A DNA stretch of 64,000 bases from Lama glama (lineage: Eukaryota). Below, piece by piece: positions 23,801 through 36,850 of the stretch (positions within the stretch are counted from its first letter, which is position 1; every line of letters begins with the position of its first letter). Under the pieces are notes generated by a model that searched no databases, was not told where the DNA came from, and saw only the letters and a list, made by a program, of their open reading frames with translations. The position numbers and the translations under genes were made by a program. Location of the stretch: NCBI GenBank assembly GCA_028534125.1, contig CM052816.1:91080001-91144000 (forward strand). The letters run 5' to 3'.

Positions 23801-26589
23801 CTAATAGACCGTGAGGTCAGGGCCTCCCCCAGGCTTTGGTGTCCCCCACGGATGTCCCTGGTCGTGTGGAGGGGAAGTGCTGGGCCGTCCCCAGGGAAGT
23901 GGCCTCTAGAGCAGAGATTTTGTGAGGCTCCTTAAAGGGATATTCCGAACTTTACATCTGAGGAGATTGTTTCAGTCACATGTAAAAAACTTACAAAACA
24001 AAGTAAGTCTGTAACAGGTTCTTATAATCCTCAGTTTTCCTTTGAAGAGGAACACTTGCAGTTCCAAAGTGGGCTGGGTGACCTCACGGGCAGGGTGCAG
24101 GGCATCTTAGGAGGTCAGAGGTTATGCCTAGAGGCAGGTCGTCTTGGTTATGACAGACTTGAGTTCAGACCTCTCTCTGCCTCACTGTGCTTATCTTTAA
24201 AATGGGTATGATGAGCCCTGGGCTGGCTTGGCTCAGATCCAACAGGGAGGTGTTGGCCGGCTCGTCGGAGCTGTCACGGCTGCTGCTGTTAGCGTTTTCT
24301 GTGAGGAGTAGAGGAGCCCCTGATCTGAAGCCACCTCCCTGCTCAGAACAGATTCCCCGGGACCCAGGAGGCGCACTCATCCTCCCGCTGCCCCAAGCGG
24401 TCACCTCCTTCATTTTCCCCTGGGGTTGGCAGCTTAGCCTTCAGCGTGGAGCGGGGGCTTCTGCTCCCGGCCGTAGTTAAGGACGGCTGGGGTGGGGGAT
24501 TGGGTTTCCGAATCCTCTCTGAGGTCAGGGCTGCGCTGCAGCTCCAGAAATCTTGCTCAGACTTGGCCTTGCTCCCACTCTGTGTTTGACCCCACAGACA
24601 TTGGTAAAATGAGATGATCCTGAGTTCTTCCCGTGAAGATCCTTGAATAGGCTTGAGAGCAGAAGTCTTCTGTATTGTGTGGGTATACTTGAGGATTGAG
24701 AATTCCAGCGCTTATCAGCTTGCGTTTCCTCCCAAAGTAGCAGCCCCTGCCTGCAGCCCTGGGGAAGAGATGTCACTCTGTCCTTAGCGGATGAAGGGCC
24801 CTGTGGACGTGAAGTCACCATGCTGCCTGCATCCATCTCCACATCTCACACCGTCCTTTTCCCTTCAAAGAGCCAAAGCCTTTGGTCTGTGGTCCCAGCC
24901 ACACGCTGTGTAGGACCCACTGCCATGCCCTCTGATTTGCCACTGCGGATGCTGGCCGCTGGCAGCCTGGCTGAGGCCTGGACATCCAGGCAGAATAAGG
25001 GAGGCATTCACAGAATGGGCTCCGAGGCTCACTGCCCTGGGGGTCTCAACCCAGCTCTCTTAATGGTACCTGGTCCTGGGCAAGTTGAAAAACCTCAAAG
25101 CCTCATTTCTTCACTTTTGATATGTGGGGCGAGTGAAAGGCTGTTTAATTCAGGGGGTGGCAGTGGGGATTAAAACGCATGGAAGCCCGCCAAGTGCCTG
25201 GCCCCTCGGCGTGGGCTCCGGAAACCAGAGTGATTTTCTGGTCTGTACGGCTGTCCCAGGCCGGCAGGTCCACCTCCGTGAGGGTGGGTGCTCTCATCCT
25301 GAGGGACAGGACAGGCCAGTGGGGTGGGCGGGGACTGGTCAGAGGAAGAGTAGGCAAGAGTCTGGAAGGACAGGCTGAGAATGGACCTTTTGGCATCTTG
25401 GCACTCAGAGCTCAGCATAGGAGCGCTTTCTTTTTTTCCGTGAAATTGCTCTCCTCCCCGCGCTGAGGGCTCGTCTTGGGGGACCCTCCAGCAAATCCGT
25501 ACTTGCAAAACCTTACCCCGGTCTGCCAAAATGCTCCGCCAGAACAGGAGTCCAAGATGGAAGCCTGTTAGTGATAAAACATTCCAACTCTAATTTTACT
25601 TTTTAAACCCCCTACGATCTCGGCATCCTTCTGCTTCGGTGCCATCGGCCCTGTGCCTTTGGTTGTACCCCCAGATGGGCTGTGGTTTTCCACCCAGCCT
25701 GCCCTGATGCCTCTGTGCTGTTGGTATTTCCTGTTGGGTGGGCTGAGGGAATAAACGTCAGAGTGCTGAGGAAGTGAAATGGGAGATGGGTTTGTCCTCT
25801 GTGTGTCTTGGTGGCGCCTGGGGAGAGGAGTTAAAGTGTGATGAAATGCTGGCATGTCCGGGCTCCCGGGGGGGACCAGGTTGGCGATTTGTGCTTTGTG
25901 CAGTGATCCTCTTAGGTTGACTTACAATCCTTATGGTTCTCGTTGCCCCTGGGAGTAATCGGATTCCTCGTATTTGAAGACGTGAAGGAGTGAGTTTGGG
26001 TCTGGTCAGCACTGTCTGGCTTCCGGGCATTTTGTGAGAGCTCCTCTCTGGGAGTGAACAAGAGGGCTCAAGGATTTCAAGCCCCCCGCCTCCCCCAGGG
26101 GAAGAGGCAGGCTTCTTCGTTGGTGAAAGCTGGTCAGAGAGCTGTGATCAGTCCCAGCGTTGGGATGGTCCATTTTGAGAGCAAGAGACATGCAGTGGGT
26201 GGGCGTGGGGGTGGGCATACAGAGGACATAGAAGGACTCATAAAGCTCTCGTGTGCTCCTGTGCAATTTTAGATCAGCACCTACACGGAGCAGACAGCTC
26301 CTCTGTCAACCCCAAAGCTGCAGCTGCGTGCATCCCAAACCTACAGCTCCGGTCCTGTGGGGGTACTCCCTGCACTTGGCACCGCTGAGGTCAGGAGGAG
26401 CAGGACTGATGCTGACTGAAAACACATGTGTGGACATCTGAGAGCGAGAAGGGGAAAGAAAGGAGACGCGATATAGACGATCTGGTTTAAATTCTCCCTC
26501 GTCAGGACCCAGCTTCTTGTAGCTCTTAAAAAGTGGCTCTCTTGCAAGTTTGTGTGTCTTCACTGGTTTCACGTCCAGCTTTTCTACCA

Positions 26590-26712
26590 CCCTGGAAGTT
26601 CTGTGAAGCAGAGACCGCATCTCCCTTATCCACCCCTGCACCCCCAGGGCCTAGCGCAGTGCCTGCCACTTCGTAAGTGCTCAGTAAAAATGCTCGATGA
26701 GTGAATGAGTGA
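26590..26712 (+). mobile_element. L2 3' terminus
   Basis: CCCAGGGCCTAGCGCAGTGCCTGCCAC..GTAAGTGCTCAGTAAA..TGCTCGATGAGTGAATGA. Confidence 0.7.
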
Positions 26713-28489
26713 CCTGAACCCATCGTTGCCAGAAGGAGAAAGTTGGTAGCAGAAAACATTGCCGTTTGAGGGTTTGGAAGGGGTATTTTAGCATCACAGC
26801 AGTCCCTGAGTATAATTCAGACGGGGCATCTGCTCTTAGCAAATTAGTAAGATGGTGGTTCTGAGGCTCATGTGAAAAGCGGCCAGTAAACACCCAGCAG
26901 AGGAGGGTGAGAACTGGCTGGAAATGCAGTGCGAGCGTTACTGTGAGCGCGGAAACACCCCGGGTTCCCCTTCTGATTCATTCACACATTATCACATGGT
27001 TGCCTCGGCCCTGATAAGGCTGGCTGAAGTCCGCAGGGCCATAGCTCCTCTCCACCCACTCTGTGTGTCCGCGCGTTCAGGCGGGCGGGGCAGGTGTGCA
27101 GGTCACCGGACGACCTCAGGGAGCATCGCTTCCCAGGGCGTCAGGCCAGTGGGTACCTTGTATCACGTGTCTTAGAACATGTGTAGACAACACGGCTCTC
27201 ACACGTAATCAAGTTCTCAGCTACTCGGAACACACCCTGATGCTTGGAGGTTGTTACTGTTGTTGGGAAAGCGTTCATTGCTGTGAACCAGCCAGTGGGT
27301 GTGGAGAAGATGTGTCATTCTTTTTCGCTGCCCAGACCTTTTGAAGGACTTTCCCCTGGAGGAGAATTTTCTGCCTTGTACCTTCATGCAGAGAGTTCAT
27401 GCCTCTATCTTCTTGTTCAGGGGATTTGTAAACGTTTCTTCAGAAATATGTAGATGAGCCAGGTGCACTTTGCAAAAATGTTAAAAACGGCATCTAGGTA
27501 ATTGCCTACATCTTTCCCTTTTGTTGTCTGCATGGAGGCCCAGCACAAGGAAACGAAAAGGGGAAATAAAACAAAAAGGGAAACCTTTGGAACACTAATG
27601 AGTCCACTGAGATGTATCCCCTGATGTTCTGGAAAACCGCATCAGCAGCCTGATACCCACAGACCTGAGTGACAGACACACTACTGACATTCAGCGTCAC
27701 CAGGTCTCCACTGGGTATCAGGACGCACTGCCTGGTCTCAGGGTCTGCCTTCCTGTGTCTGCTTTTAAAAGAAGGTTTCCAAGGCCGAGGAGGACATGGT
27801 CCATTCCCTCCATCCCAGCATCCTTCACAGGGCAGCAGGGCCCCGGAAGGGCCGACGGCCCCCTGATGCTGTGCTCAGGATGCCGCTTCCTCTGGTGTAA
27901 GGAACCCTGCAATTGGAGGAGGAGCACGCGGAAACCTTCCCAGTCGGTTTGCTCGCTGCACACACTGTAAAGGGAAGCCTGGTTCAGAGCTGTCTGCCGC
28001 ATAATTTGTTAAAAGAAATCCTGCTTAATGCTTGGGGGGCCGCGTATCCCCCCTGCAGCTCTCTCTCACCACGCCCCCTTCCCAGTCCCCAGCCACAGCA
28101 CCAGGGGTCGTCTTGCTTCCACCCGCAGTTCTCCCTGCTCCCAACCCCGGCCAGGCCTTTAACATCACTGAAACATTTCTTCCCGGGGAAGCCCTGTCTG
28201 CTGGCCGCAGACCCCACGCATGCCTCCCGTGCTCATGGTGGGTCTCTCGTATCTCTGGTACTTTCCCTGTCATCACCGCGCCTCTCACACTGCCCGGTAA
28301 CTGCTTGTTGAGTCGTCTGTGTTCTCCTCCAGACGTGACCTTGGTGATAACAGAGAGCATATCTAATCTTCGCCCTTCTGTTGATGTCTGGCCTGCAGTT
28401 GCTGTCCACGAACTGTTTTTAAATGAATCAGCCATTTAACAAACTATGAAATTAACAAGCACGTATGACAAGTCTAGAACTATGCTCTG

Positions 28490-28690
28490 AGCAGTGGGTG
28501 AGTCAACAGAAGAAAAACGTAGCCCTGGCTCAGCCATTTGCCAGCCCCATGGCCTTGGGCAAGATGCTTTGCCTCTCAACCTCAGTCTCTTCATCTGCGA
28601 AAGGGGTTCAACAACACCTTCCCCAAGAAGTTTCAAGGATTATATGAAATAACTAATATAGAGCACTGGGTACCTAGTAAGCACTCCTTG
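28490..28690 (+). mobile_element. MIR
   Basis: CCTGGCTCAGCCATTTGCCAGC..ATGGCCTTGGGCAAG...CCTCAGTCTCTTCATCTGCGAAAGGGG...TAGTAAGCACTC. Confidence 0.75.
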
Positions 28691-29014
28691 GTGCAGTTAT
28701 TTTTATCTTTCTTCAAGAGGTGAACTGGCCAGCAGTTTCATTTTCATTCAAAAATGAAAGAGTAGGAAATCTAAAAAATTTAGTTTCATGTATTCCTTAC
28801 ACTGGTATTCTGCTGACAGAGAAAGGAGAGATCACTGTGATTGGAGAGAGCACCGTGGAAAAGGTAAGATTGAATCTCTGTCTGTCTCTTGTATTTTTTT
28901 TTTTAAAACAAACACAGAAGTAGGACAGTCAAAATGCTTGCCCTGTTCTCAGGGTTTTGCACATGACAACATTCTCATTTCATCTTATACACTTGATCTG
29001 ATCCACTTTACAAC

Positions 29015-29165
29015 ATTTGCTTATGCGTTAAGTCTTCACAGCACCTGTTATGAAGTACTGTTATGATCCCCATTTCACAGACGAGGAAACAGGCACAGAG
29101 AGATTAAGTAACTTGCCCGAGCTCACACAGCTGGCGGGTCGAGCCAGTATCAGAACCCATGCAGG
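29015..29165 (-). mobile_element. MIR
   Basis: ATCCCCATTTCACAGACGAGGAAACAGGCACAGAGAGATTAAGTAACTTGCCCGAGCTCACACAGCT. Confidence 0.85.
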
Positions 29166-29329
29166 CTCTCTGCTGTGGTCACTCGGCAGAACTGCCCCTG
29201 GGAGCCCAGGCCGTGTGCCAGCAGTGAGAGGACAGGACACCAGAGGCGGCCCATTAGTGATTTATTGCTTAGGCCAGGAGTTACAATCGCATTGAGAAGT
29301 GAATAACATTTGGCAACAGAGGAGAGGGT

Positions 29330-29450
29330 GGCAGCCAGGGTGGGTTTCCTGAAAGTGGACGTGAGATGGAGACGAGCTGCAACATGTTTGTTTGGATCAA
29401 CACCTGGAAAGGAGGAAAAGGAGGAGTGAGCAGAGGGGAAGAGGAGCTCC
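29330..29450 (-). mobile_element. ERVL LTR fragment (LTR16-like)
   Basis: TGAGATGGAGA...GGATCAACACCTG...GAGCAGAGGGGAAG resembles the LTR16 group. Confidence 0.5.
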
Positions 29451-30454
29451 ATGCAAGGAGAACAGTATCTGATGATCAGAGACAATGAGCCCGACCATGT
29501 GCAGGATAATGTGAACGGGAGAGCTTGAGGATGGTCTCCATGAACTTAAGGATACTCGGTGGTTAAATCTCACCCTCTACCCAGTTCCACGGCTTGTGGA
29601 CTGACAAGATGCACAGTGATGCAATCAACGACATAAAAAAAGAGTAGCTGAGATAGCTGGGAATTCCTTAAGATGTTCGATGTACTCGAAGTTTCCGCTT
29701 GCTGTTGAGTAACGCCACCAAACAGTGCTCCCGGCATCTTCGGTGGGACGGCGATGCTATCAAATCAGATGTGGATCCACCATGAAAAGAGTGTCTCTGG
29801 TTTGTTAAATTATTGAATTAACAGCGACTGCTGCTGGTTTGATTTGCACCTGATACGGTAAGAGGCTAATTATATGACAGGGTGACCCACATGGCGGGAC
29901 GAATTCAGTCATAGCAACACAGTGTTTATCCGGATAGCAAACAGTCAAGCTGCTAATTCAAGATACAATCTTTTCCAGAAACTCAGCCAGTGCAATAAAA
30001 AAAAGAACAGCCTTCTCCATTCCTCACACAGACTCTCCAGTTCTAGGAAGCATGACAGCTTATTTTCTTGTCAACCACCGATTTAGAATTTATTTACTGA
30101 TGACCTTTTTCCTTAAGTATTTTTGTAGCAGATAATTTCCATTCAAAAGGATAATCAAGACACCAAAACACAGAATCCCAACTTTGTTTTCATTTGTAGA
30201 TTTCTAAAGGTAGAATTCCACACTTTTTTTTTTTTTTGGTAGATTTTATCTGATTACAAAAGGAACACATTTAGGGGGAAATTTTTGAAAATACTTAAAG
30301 CACACAAAAGAAAACAAGGACCATAGAGATAATCACTGTTAATATGGGGCTCCACTGTTTCTTCCAGATACTTTTCTTTAATCAGTTGCAGGCAGCACAT
30401 GTTTACCGCCTGTGGTCTGTGTGTGTGTGTCTGCACAAGATACAGAGAGGTTCG

Positions 30455-30583
30455 CCCGCATTCATTCGTGTAGTGTTGTCTGGGCGGCAGCAGTGGGGTT
30501 GATTAGCTGTGACAGAGACCATGTGCCCTACAAAGTTGGTAATACTTATTATGGGTCCATTTGCAGAAAAGTTTTCCAACCTG
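30455..30583. mobile_element. hAT-Charlie MITE fragment (MER58A-like)
   Basis: GTTGATTAGCTGTGACAGAGACCATGTGCCCTACAAAG...CCATTTGCAGAAAAGTTTTCCAACC. Confidence 0.7.
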
Positions 30584-31347
30584 TCTTAATATGTCAAGCA
30601 TCCCAGGCCATTAGATGGTCTTCAAAAATGTGCTTTTAAGGACTTTGTGGAGTTCAGGTGAGAAGACTGAAGTCCTGTGTGGTTTCACCATGTTCCTGTT
30701 CCATGCATTTAATCCATCAGTAAACACGCTGGGCCCCGAATCCAGCATGTGGCCCTGAGCTCCCCCCCCATACTCTGTCATCCTCTTGGACCTGGGCCAG
30801 ATCTTACCCCTAACTGACCCCGAGACCTTCTCCTGACCCTGAAGAGCAGGTCTCCACATCGCGGCCAGAGCTGACTATTTTGATGACTTACCAATTCTCC
30901 TTGGAAATCAGTTCGTACCCGACATACATGAACCTCGAATGTATGGTGCCGGCCCTCCTCTCCCTCGCCAAGATCCAGGAAAAGCGTTTGGCCACCTTGA
31001 CTATATAGGCTTCCTGGAATATAAACTTAAAGGGCCCAATTTTCTACTTGTACTAATTGTAACCACTGCAAAATCACTGTTAGCTGATTTAGTTCTGTAG
31101 ATATATATATAAAATCACATCTTACTTACATATTAGTTTTAAAATACTGCTTCTCCTGGTCTCCCTTCGTGTCAGTTTTATTAAAACTAGGGCCACTTTT
31201 GGAGCCTGATGCATTTTCCAGAGCAAGTACTCCTCATTCCTAATTTATGATGGAGGACTTTAATAAAAGCAGAATCACTGGAAGTTGTATCAAGCTATAA
31301 ACACCTAATTTAATCAATCTTTTTTCCCCCTAGTTTTATCTCCCCTC

Positions 31348-31677
31348 CAGTTTTATTGAGATGTAATTCACATATAACGTATGAGGTTCAGGTGTATAAC
31401 TTAATGATCTGATATATATGCTGCAAAGAGATAACCACGATATCTAGTTAACATCCATTACCATACAGAGTTAGATTTTTTTCTTATGATGAGAACTTTT
31501 GAAATCTACTCTCTTAGCAGCTTTCAAATACACAATACAGTATTATTAACTCGGGTCACCGTGCTGTACCTTACATCCCCAGAACTTACCTTATAACTGG
31601 AAGTTTGTACCTTTTGACCACCTTTCCCCAGTCCCCCCCACCCCACGACCTCCACCTCTGGAAAACCACATTGATCA
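31348..31677 (-). mobile_element. Old L1 (L1MA9-like) 3'UTR
   Basis: CAGTTTTATTGAGATGTAATT...AATCTACTCTCTTAGCAGCTTTCAAATACACAATACAGTATTATTAAC...CTTATAACTGGAAGTTTGTACCTTTTGACCA. Confidence 0.9.
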
Positions 31678-33219
31678 ATCTTCATCACACGACTACTGAG
31701 TATATTGCTTTTACAAGAAACTTTTGCAAAGTTTATTTTATAGTAACACAGCCCCTTCAGTAGTGAAGCCACACACCTACGAGTAATTATGAGATCTGTG
31801 ATAAATGTCCTTCTCTTTAATTAGTCTTGCTTTTATTTTATTCCTATCTGGTAACCTCTGTGACATCTAAAAGCTTCCCAGACCAGCACTGATGGAAGTC
31901 ATTTCAGCCGTTCTTCCTATTCAAAATAAAGAAATTGAATGTACAGCCCTGGTATAGGGCAGATTTGGTAAGATCACAAATGTGTGACCACATCTTCTTT
32001 TGGAGGGATAATTTCAAGCAAAAGGAAGCAAAGCAGATTTTAAAGGAACGTGCCTGTTTGGAGGGACACGCAGGGCTGAGGAAGGCAGAATCTCAGCCTT
32101 GGAAGTCTGTTTCTCAGGCTGACACCACCAAGAGGAGCCTCAGTTTTGCCTGTAGGGTTTGTAACTCTGTGCTATTAGGAACAGCTGTTTCTCACTGTCA
32201 GGGAGACTCTCTGGAATCTTCCATGAACGCAGTGGCACTTTCATGGCAAGAGAAGGGGTCCCATTCATCCTGGAAGACACACATAAACACAGTGTCCCCT
32301 CTTGCCTGTCCCTCCGCAGATGGTGTGGAAACACACGTTGTTCCTGGCTTCTTTCATGGCTCCTGACAGGGGCCATGCTGAAATTTTTAGTGCTTGTAAA
32401 ATTCAAGACCAGGACATGTCTTAAACCGTCATTGCCCGCTCTGGTTTTCAGTACAACTTAGAATTTCATTGTCATATGAAAAAAATGTAAAGTCAAATTT
32501 GATGGAGAAATTCACCTTGGTTATAAATAAGCAGACTGAAAGCAGCGTCTGGCGGCGTGAATCCACTCTGAACACTGGTGATGAACTGTGTGTGTGACGT
32601 TGCCATGGTTTGATGCTAAAAGTGGGTGCAGGTGAAGCAGCCAAGTCTCGTTTCCATTTTCAAACCGTGGACTTCCTCTAGACTCAAAATAGGAAAGAAA
32701 CATGAAACGTTAAGGACGCATGGCACACGTGGAAAGGAAATCTGAACTTGGTTTCAAAACTGGAAATTTGATCAGAGTGAGGGAAAAAATGGCAGGTTAT
32801 TGTGCTTTCACAAGAACACACTGGCGGCAGCTCCTGTGGGCAGACAGTTCCTCTCCCAGGACACGCCTCACGGCATCTGGCACCCCGAGGAGGGCCACGC
32901 GCAGCACCCCACCTGGCACACGTCCATGGCCTTTGCGCCCGAATGTCAGCTCACTTCTGGCTTCTGAGTTCAGTCCTGGTGTTGCCCCTTGGCTGGTGAT
33001 GACGCCGGGTGGGAGGGGAGCGAGATGATCTTGGAGGGGACTGGGTGCCCGGTGGTTAACCCCAAGCTCAGCTCTAGAGTGGGAGCCAGGGTTGGGCCAG
33101 GTGAGTGGAGCGGTGCCGAGAGAGCAGAGAGGTAGCCTCTCTAGGTCAGGTCTCTTAAGGGGTTGGAGGAGGAGCCCTTGGAGCCAGCAGGGTGAGCAGA
33201 GTTGGTGGCTGGAACAATT

Positions 33220-34070
33220 GGAGCAACAAAATCAATGCTAGAGCACTGGGTTATAATCCAAACTCTAAGTTCTTATGAGTCCACTTAAGATCTTATTGAT
33301 ATGTGACTGAATAAATAAGTCAATGAGGAGAGAGGAGTGACAGATCTTCCTTACAGAAGAATTCTGAATAATATATAGTGTTGCTCCCGCATTCAAGGGG
33401 CAGAGCTGGGTCCCTGTGTACCACCTCCCTTCCCCCTTGAACGTGGGTTGGACTTAGATTTGCCTTCAAAGAGTAGAGTCGGGAAAGGGACAAACAATAA
33501 CGTGGCGATAGAAAAACCGAGCAGACACTCTGTTATGCCGGTGATCTAGTGAACCTCACCAGCGAGAAGTCCCGTAGACAGCACGGAGCCCTCTGCGGTC
33601 ATTTGCCCCAAACCCATAATCTTAATCTAATCATGAGAAAAACATCAGACAAAACCACACTGAGGGACATTCTGCAAAATAACCGGTATCTACAAAATGC
33701 CCCTCAAAACTGTGCGGTATGGAACCGAGGAAAGAGGGAGCAACTCTCACAGACCAGGGAGACTAAGGACATTTGATGGCTGAGGACATATGACCGTGGT
33801 GCCCTGGGTGGGATCCGGTAAGAGAACAGGACGTTTGTGGGAAAACCTACAAATAAAGTCCAAATAAAGTCTGGAGTTTAGTTCATAGTAATTTACCAGT
33901 GTTGGTTTTTAGTTTTGACAAGTGTGTGGTGGTAACATATATGCTGTTACGTATGTTATGTTAGCCCAGGGGAGACTAAGTGAGGGGTGTCCTGGGGCTC
34001 TGTGTGTTGTCCTTGCAACTCTTCGGAAAATCTAAAACCATTCTAGAATAAAAACGTTTATTAAAATAAA
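33220..34070 (+). mobile_element. Old L1 (L1MC/L1MD-like) long 3'UTR
   Basis: CCCAAACCCATAATC..AATCTAATCATGAGAAAAACATCAGACAAA...TGAGGGACATTCTGCAAAATAAC; ends TTGCAACTCTTC..AAATCTAAAA..ATTCTAGAATAAAAA. Confidence 0.85.
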
Positions 34071-34428
34071 ACAAGCCTGTTATTCTTATAGGGGAGAGGT
34101 GCTGGGTACATAAGGAATTGTGGAGGCAGGAACTCAGAGATAACCCTGTCCCTCTTAATGGCCCAGTTTCTCTTCTTAGGCTCTTTACGGGTCACATTTT
34201 GGATTTGTTTTGCTCTGTTTTTCTAAAGCTTGTTGCTTTCTGCTAGTCATTGAAAGAGTTTTACTCAGACCCCGCTAGAAATGGACTCGCTCACGGACAG
34301 CTTCACATCGCTGCTCGTGTCTTACTTGGAACCTTGAGGTGCCCGAGGGAGAGAAGCCACATGGTTTATTATCGGGCGGTCAGACAGTGGTTGGGGCAGT
34401 AAGGAGACACTGGTTCACTGGGTCACTG

Positions 34429-34497
34429 GAGGGCTCTGTCCTACTGGAAAGCCGTGACGAGGGCTCTGTCCTACAAGAAGCCGTGACGAGGTCTCTG
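34429..34497. repeat. ~30-bp tandem duplication, about 2.3 copies
   Basis: GAGGGCTCTGTCCTACTGGAAAGCCGTGAC / GAGGGCTCTGTCCTACAAGAAGCCGTGAC / GAGGTCTCTG. Confidence 0.9.
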
Positions 34498-36024
34498 AAG
34501 TTAAGGCTTCTTTCCCACAGACCAGGATCAGCAGATAACCCAGCATCTCTTGCAGCAAATGCTCCTGATGGGGCTGGTTCCTCTTCAAAACTGCCTCGAG
34601 GCTGCAGGGTATTAGCAGGCCGGGAGCACATTCCCGGAAACCCTGTTCCCTGGAGGGGAGGTCCTCGTAGTGTCCAAGATCTCCCACCCCTCCCTGAGGC
34701 CGGGGCAGCAGGGGGAGCGCACCCAGCCAAGGCCACAAGGGGGTCAGATGACGCATGGCGAAACGGGACTAGGAAGAGGCATTCTGGTCCCTGGACCCTT
34801 ACCCTAAAACTAATAATGATTAACTATTTCGGGGTTGTTGAGCTGGAAAGTCTCCATTTCAGTTTGGCTTCTCCACAAAACACTGGGTAAATGGATAGCC
34901 AAGAAGCATCTTATCAGGTGCTATTTAAGAAATGAAAAGATACTTTTTAACACAGACATAAACAACATGTGATAAGGAAGATTAACATATAACAAAAGTA
35001 TTACATAATCCGCAGGTAGATCTAGGCTTCGGTTGCCCTGTTTTGCCCTGTATTTTTAAGTGCAAGAGATAAGGTTCGGTTTGAGCTGTCTGCCACTCTT
35101 GTTTGAGTCCCTCCGGTCTTTGCTGTCCACAAAGACCTCTGTCTCCACGATCCGTGGCCTTAGAAATTTTCCATTTCCTTGTGTTTACTGAGAGCAGTGA
35201 GATTGGCCCGACTTCTTCCTCTGCTGCGGCCATTTGTTCTCACTTTCTTGGAACCACAGATTCTCTGTCAAGGACCTCCACCCCTAAAATACACAGGGAG
35301 CCTTAGAAGAGAGCTTTAAATCAAGCAAGCAAGCAAGATTGTTCAGAAACAGGATTATCATCTTCAGGATTATTCTGTGGAGGGAAGCTTGACGTTTGGC
35401 ACCATGGGAATTTGATTTCTACCAGCGCCTATACTCTTGCTGGACTTTAACAGAAGATTTTTGGTGAGAGGGGGTTAGGAAGGATGAGAGGGAGAAGAGA
35501 TAAAAAGAGAGAGAGAAATCCCCTTGATATGGAGGCATGTCAACAGCGTTTTAAGGAGAGAAGGCATGAGGGCCGGTAGGAGTGAGACTGGTCACCAGTG
35601 ACAACAGGCCCTCGGACATGGGTCTCAGACAAGTCTGTAGAGACCCTGTGCAGTGCAGTGAAATGGGTCTCAGTGGATGCAAGACGCACAAACCAAGCCA
35701 GTGGCGTCGGGTGATGTGACTCCTGAGGTCCGAACACCTGGCTTGTTTCACGGAGCCCTTTCCTCCTCGCTTCCTGAAGCCGTTGCCAGACGGCCTCTTC
35801 TTCCTCCCCACATTTCCCGAGGCTAGTCCTGTGCTCCGGGTTCCCTGTCCCTTCCTGCTCCCCTCCATCCGCCGTGACCCCACTGTGAACCCACTGAATA
35901 AGCCGACAAGTGAGTTATTTGCAGGGTGTACACTTTGCTTTGTGGATTCAGGGGGTCCTTAACTCCTAAGTATCACAATTAAAAATTTAACAATATGTAA
36001 TGATCTTTCATTAGGAAACATTAG

Positions 36025-36190
36025 AAACAAGGACCTACAGCAGGGCACAGGGAACTCTATTCGATATCTTGTAATAACCTATAACGGAAAAGAATCTGAA
36101 AAAGACTGTGTATATGTGTAACTGAATCACTTTGCTGTACACCAGAAACTAACATAACATTGTAAATCAACTATACTTCAGTTTAAAAAA
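36025..36190 (+). mobile_element. Artiodactyl L1 3' end
   Basis: AACAAGGACCTAC...CACAGGGAACTCTATT..ATATCTTGTAATAACCTATAA...CTGAATCACTTTGCTGTACACC..AAACTAAC...GTAAATCAACTATACTTCA. Confidence 0.9.
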
Positions 36191-36726
36191 TACACATACA
36201 CAGAGATCAGCGTGACAAAGACGTGGCTGTCACAGGACACATCACTTGGAGGATGCTGCATCTTTCTTGGTGCTCCCTGCTAGCCTCTGCCCCCCACTTC
36301 TCCCCACTCCTTCACCCCCTTTCCCCTTCTGCCGCTTGCTGACTCTTCTCCCATATTTTGATCCTTCCTCTCCGGGCCTTTTCACCTCCACCAGGCTGGC
36401 TGGCTTCTCCAGCATCCCTGGGGCAGCTGCATCCACAAGTGTCCAAACCACACTTTCCAGACAAGTTTGCTCCATCGGTATCTTTTTAAAGGGGGGACAT
36501 AGTTCAATCCGTGATGGCCAGTCAGACGATGGATGTGGCGTGGACTGGATTGGAAGGTATGAGAAGCACTCACTAACTAAACAGAATCATCTGTGGCAAA
36601 GATCTGGCTCTATCTGAGGGTCCCTGCTGAGACCATAATAAGTTATGTGATAATCAAAACAACAGTCCAGCATAAATTAGCAAAATGGAAGTTCTGACAA
36701 ATAAGGGTAAGAAATTGCTAATATAT

Positions 36727-36850
36727 TGGGTTATCCTACAATTGATGGCCTAAATGGGGTACACTGATGAGAGTGAAAGGAGTCTATTATTAATTATACC
36801 AGGACAAGAGATGCAACCAGGGACTGTCCTGGGCTGGAAAGTAGGGTGGC
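36727..36850. mobile_element. hAT-Blackjack MITE (MER94-like)
   Basis: GAGAGTGAAAGG..TATTATTAATTATACCAGGACAA...GGACTGTCCTGGGC. Confidence 0.5.

Noticed and set aside
28490..29165. Inverted MIR pair as a dsRNA/editing substrate
   Set aside because: The copies are too diverged from each other for stable pairing to be supported by eye.
34429..34497. CRISPR-like direct repeats of about 30 bp
   Set aside because: The copies are adjacent with no spacers, there are only about two, there are no cas genes, and the context is eukaryotic.
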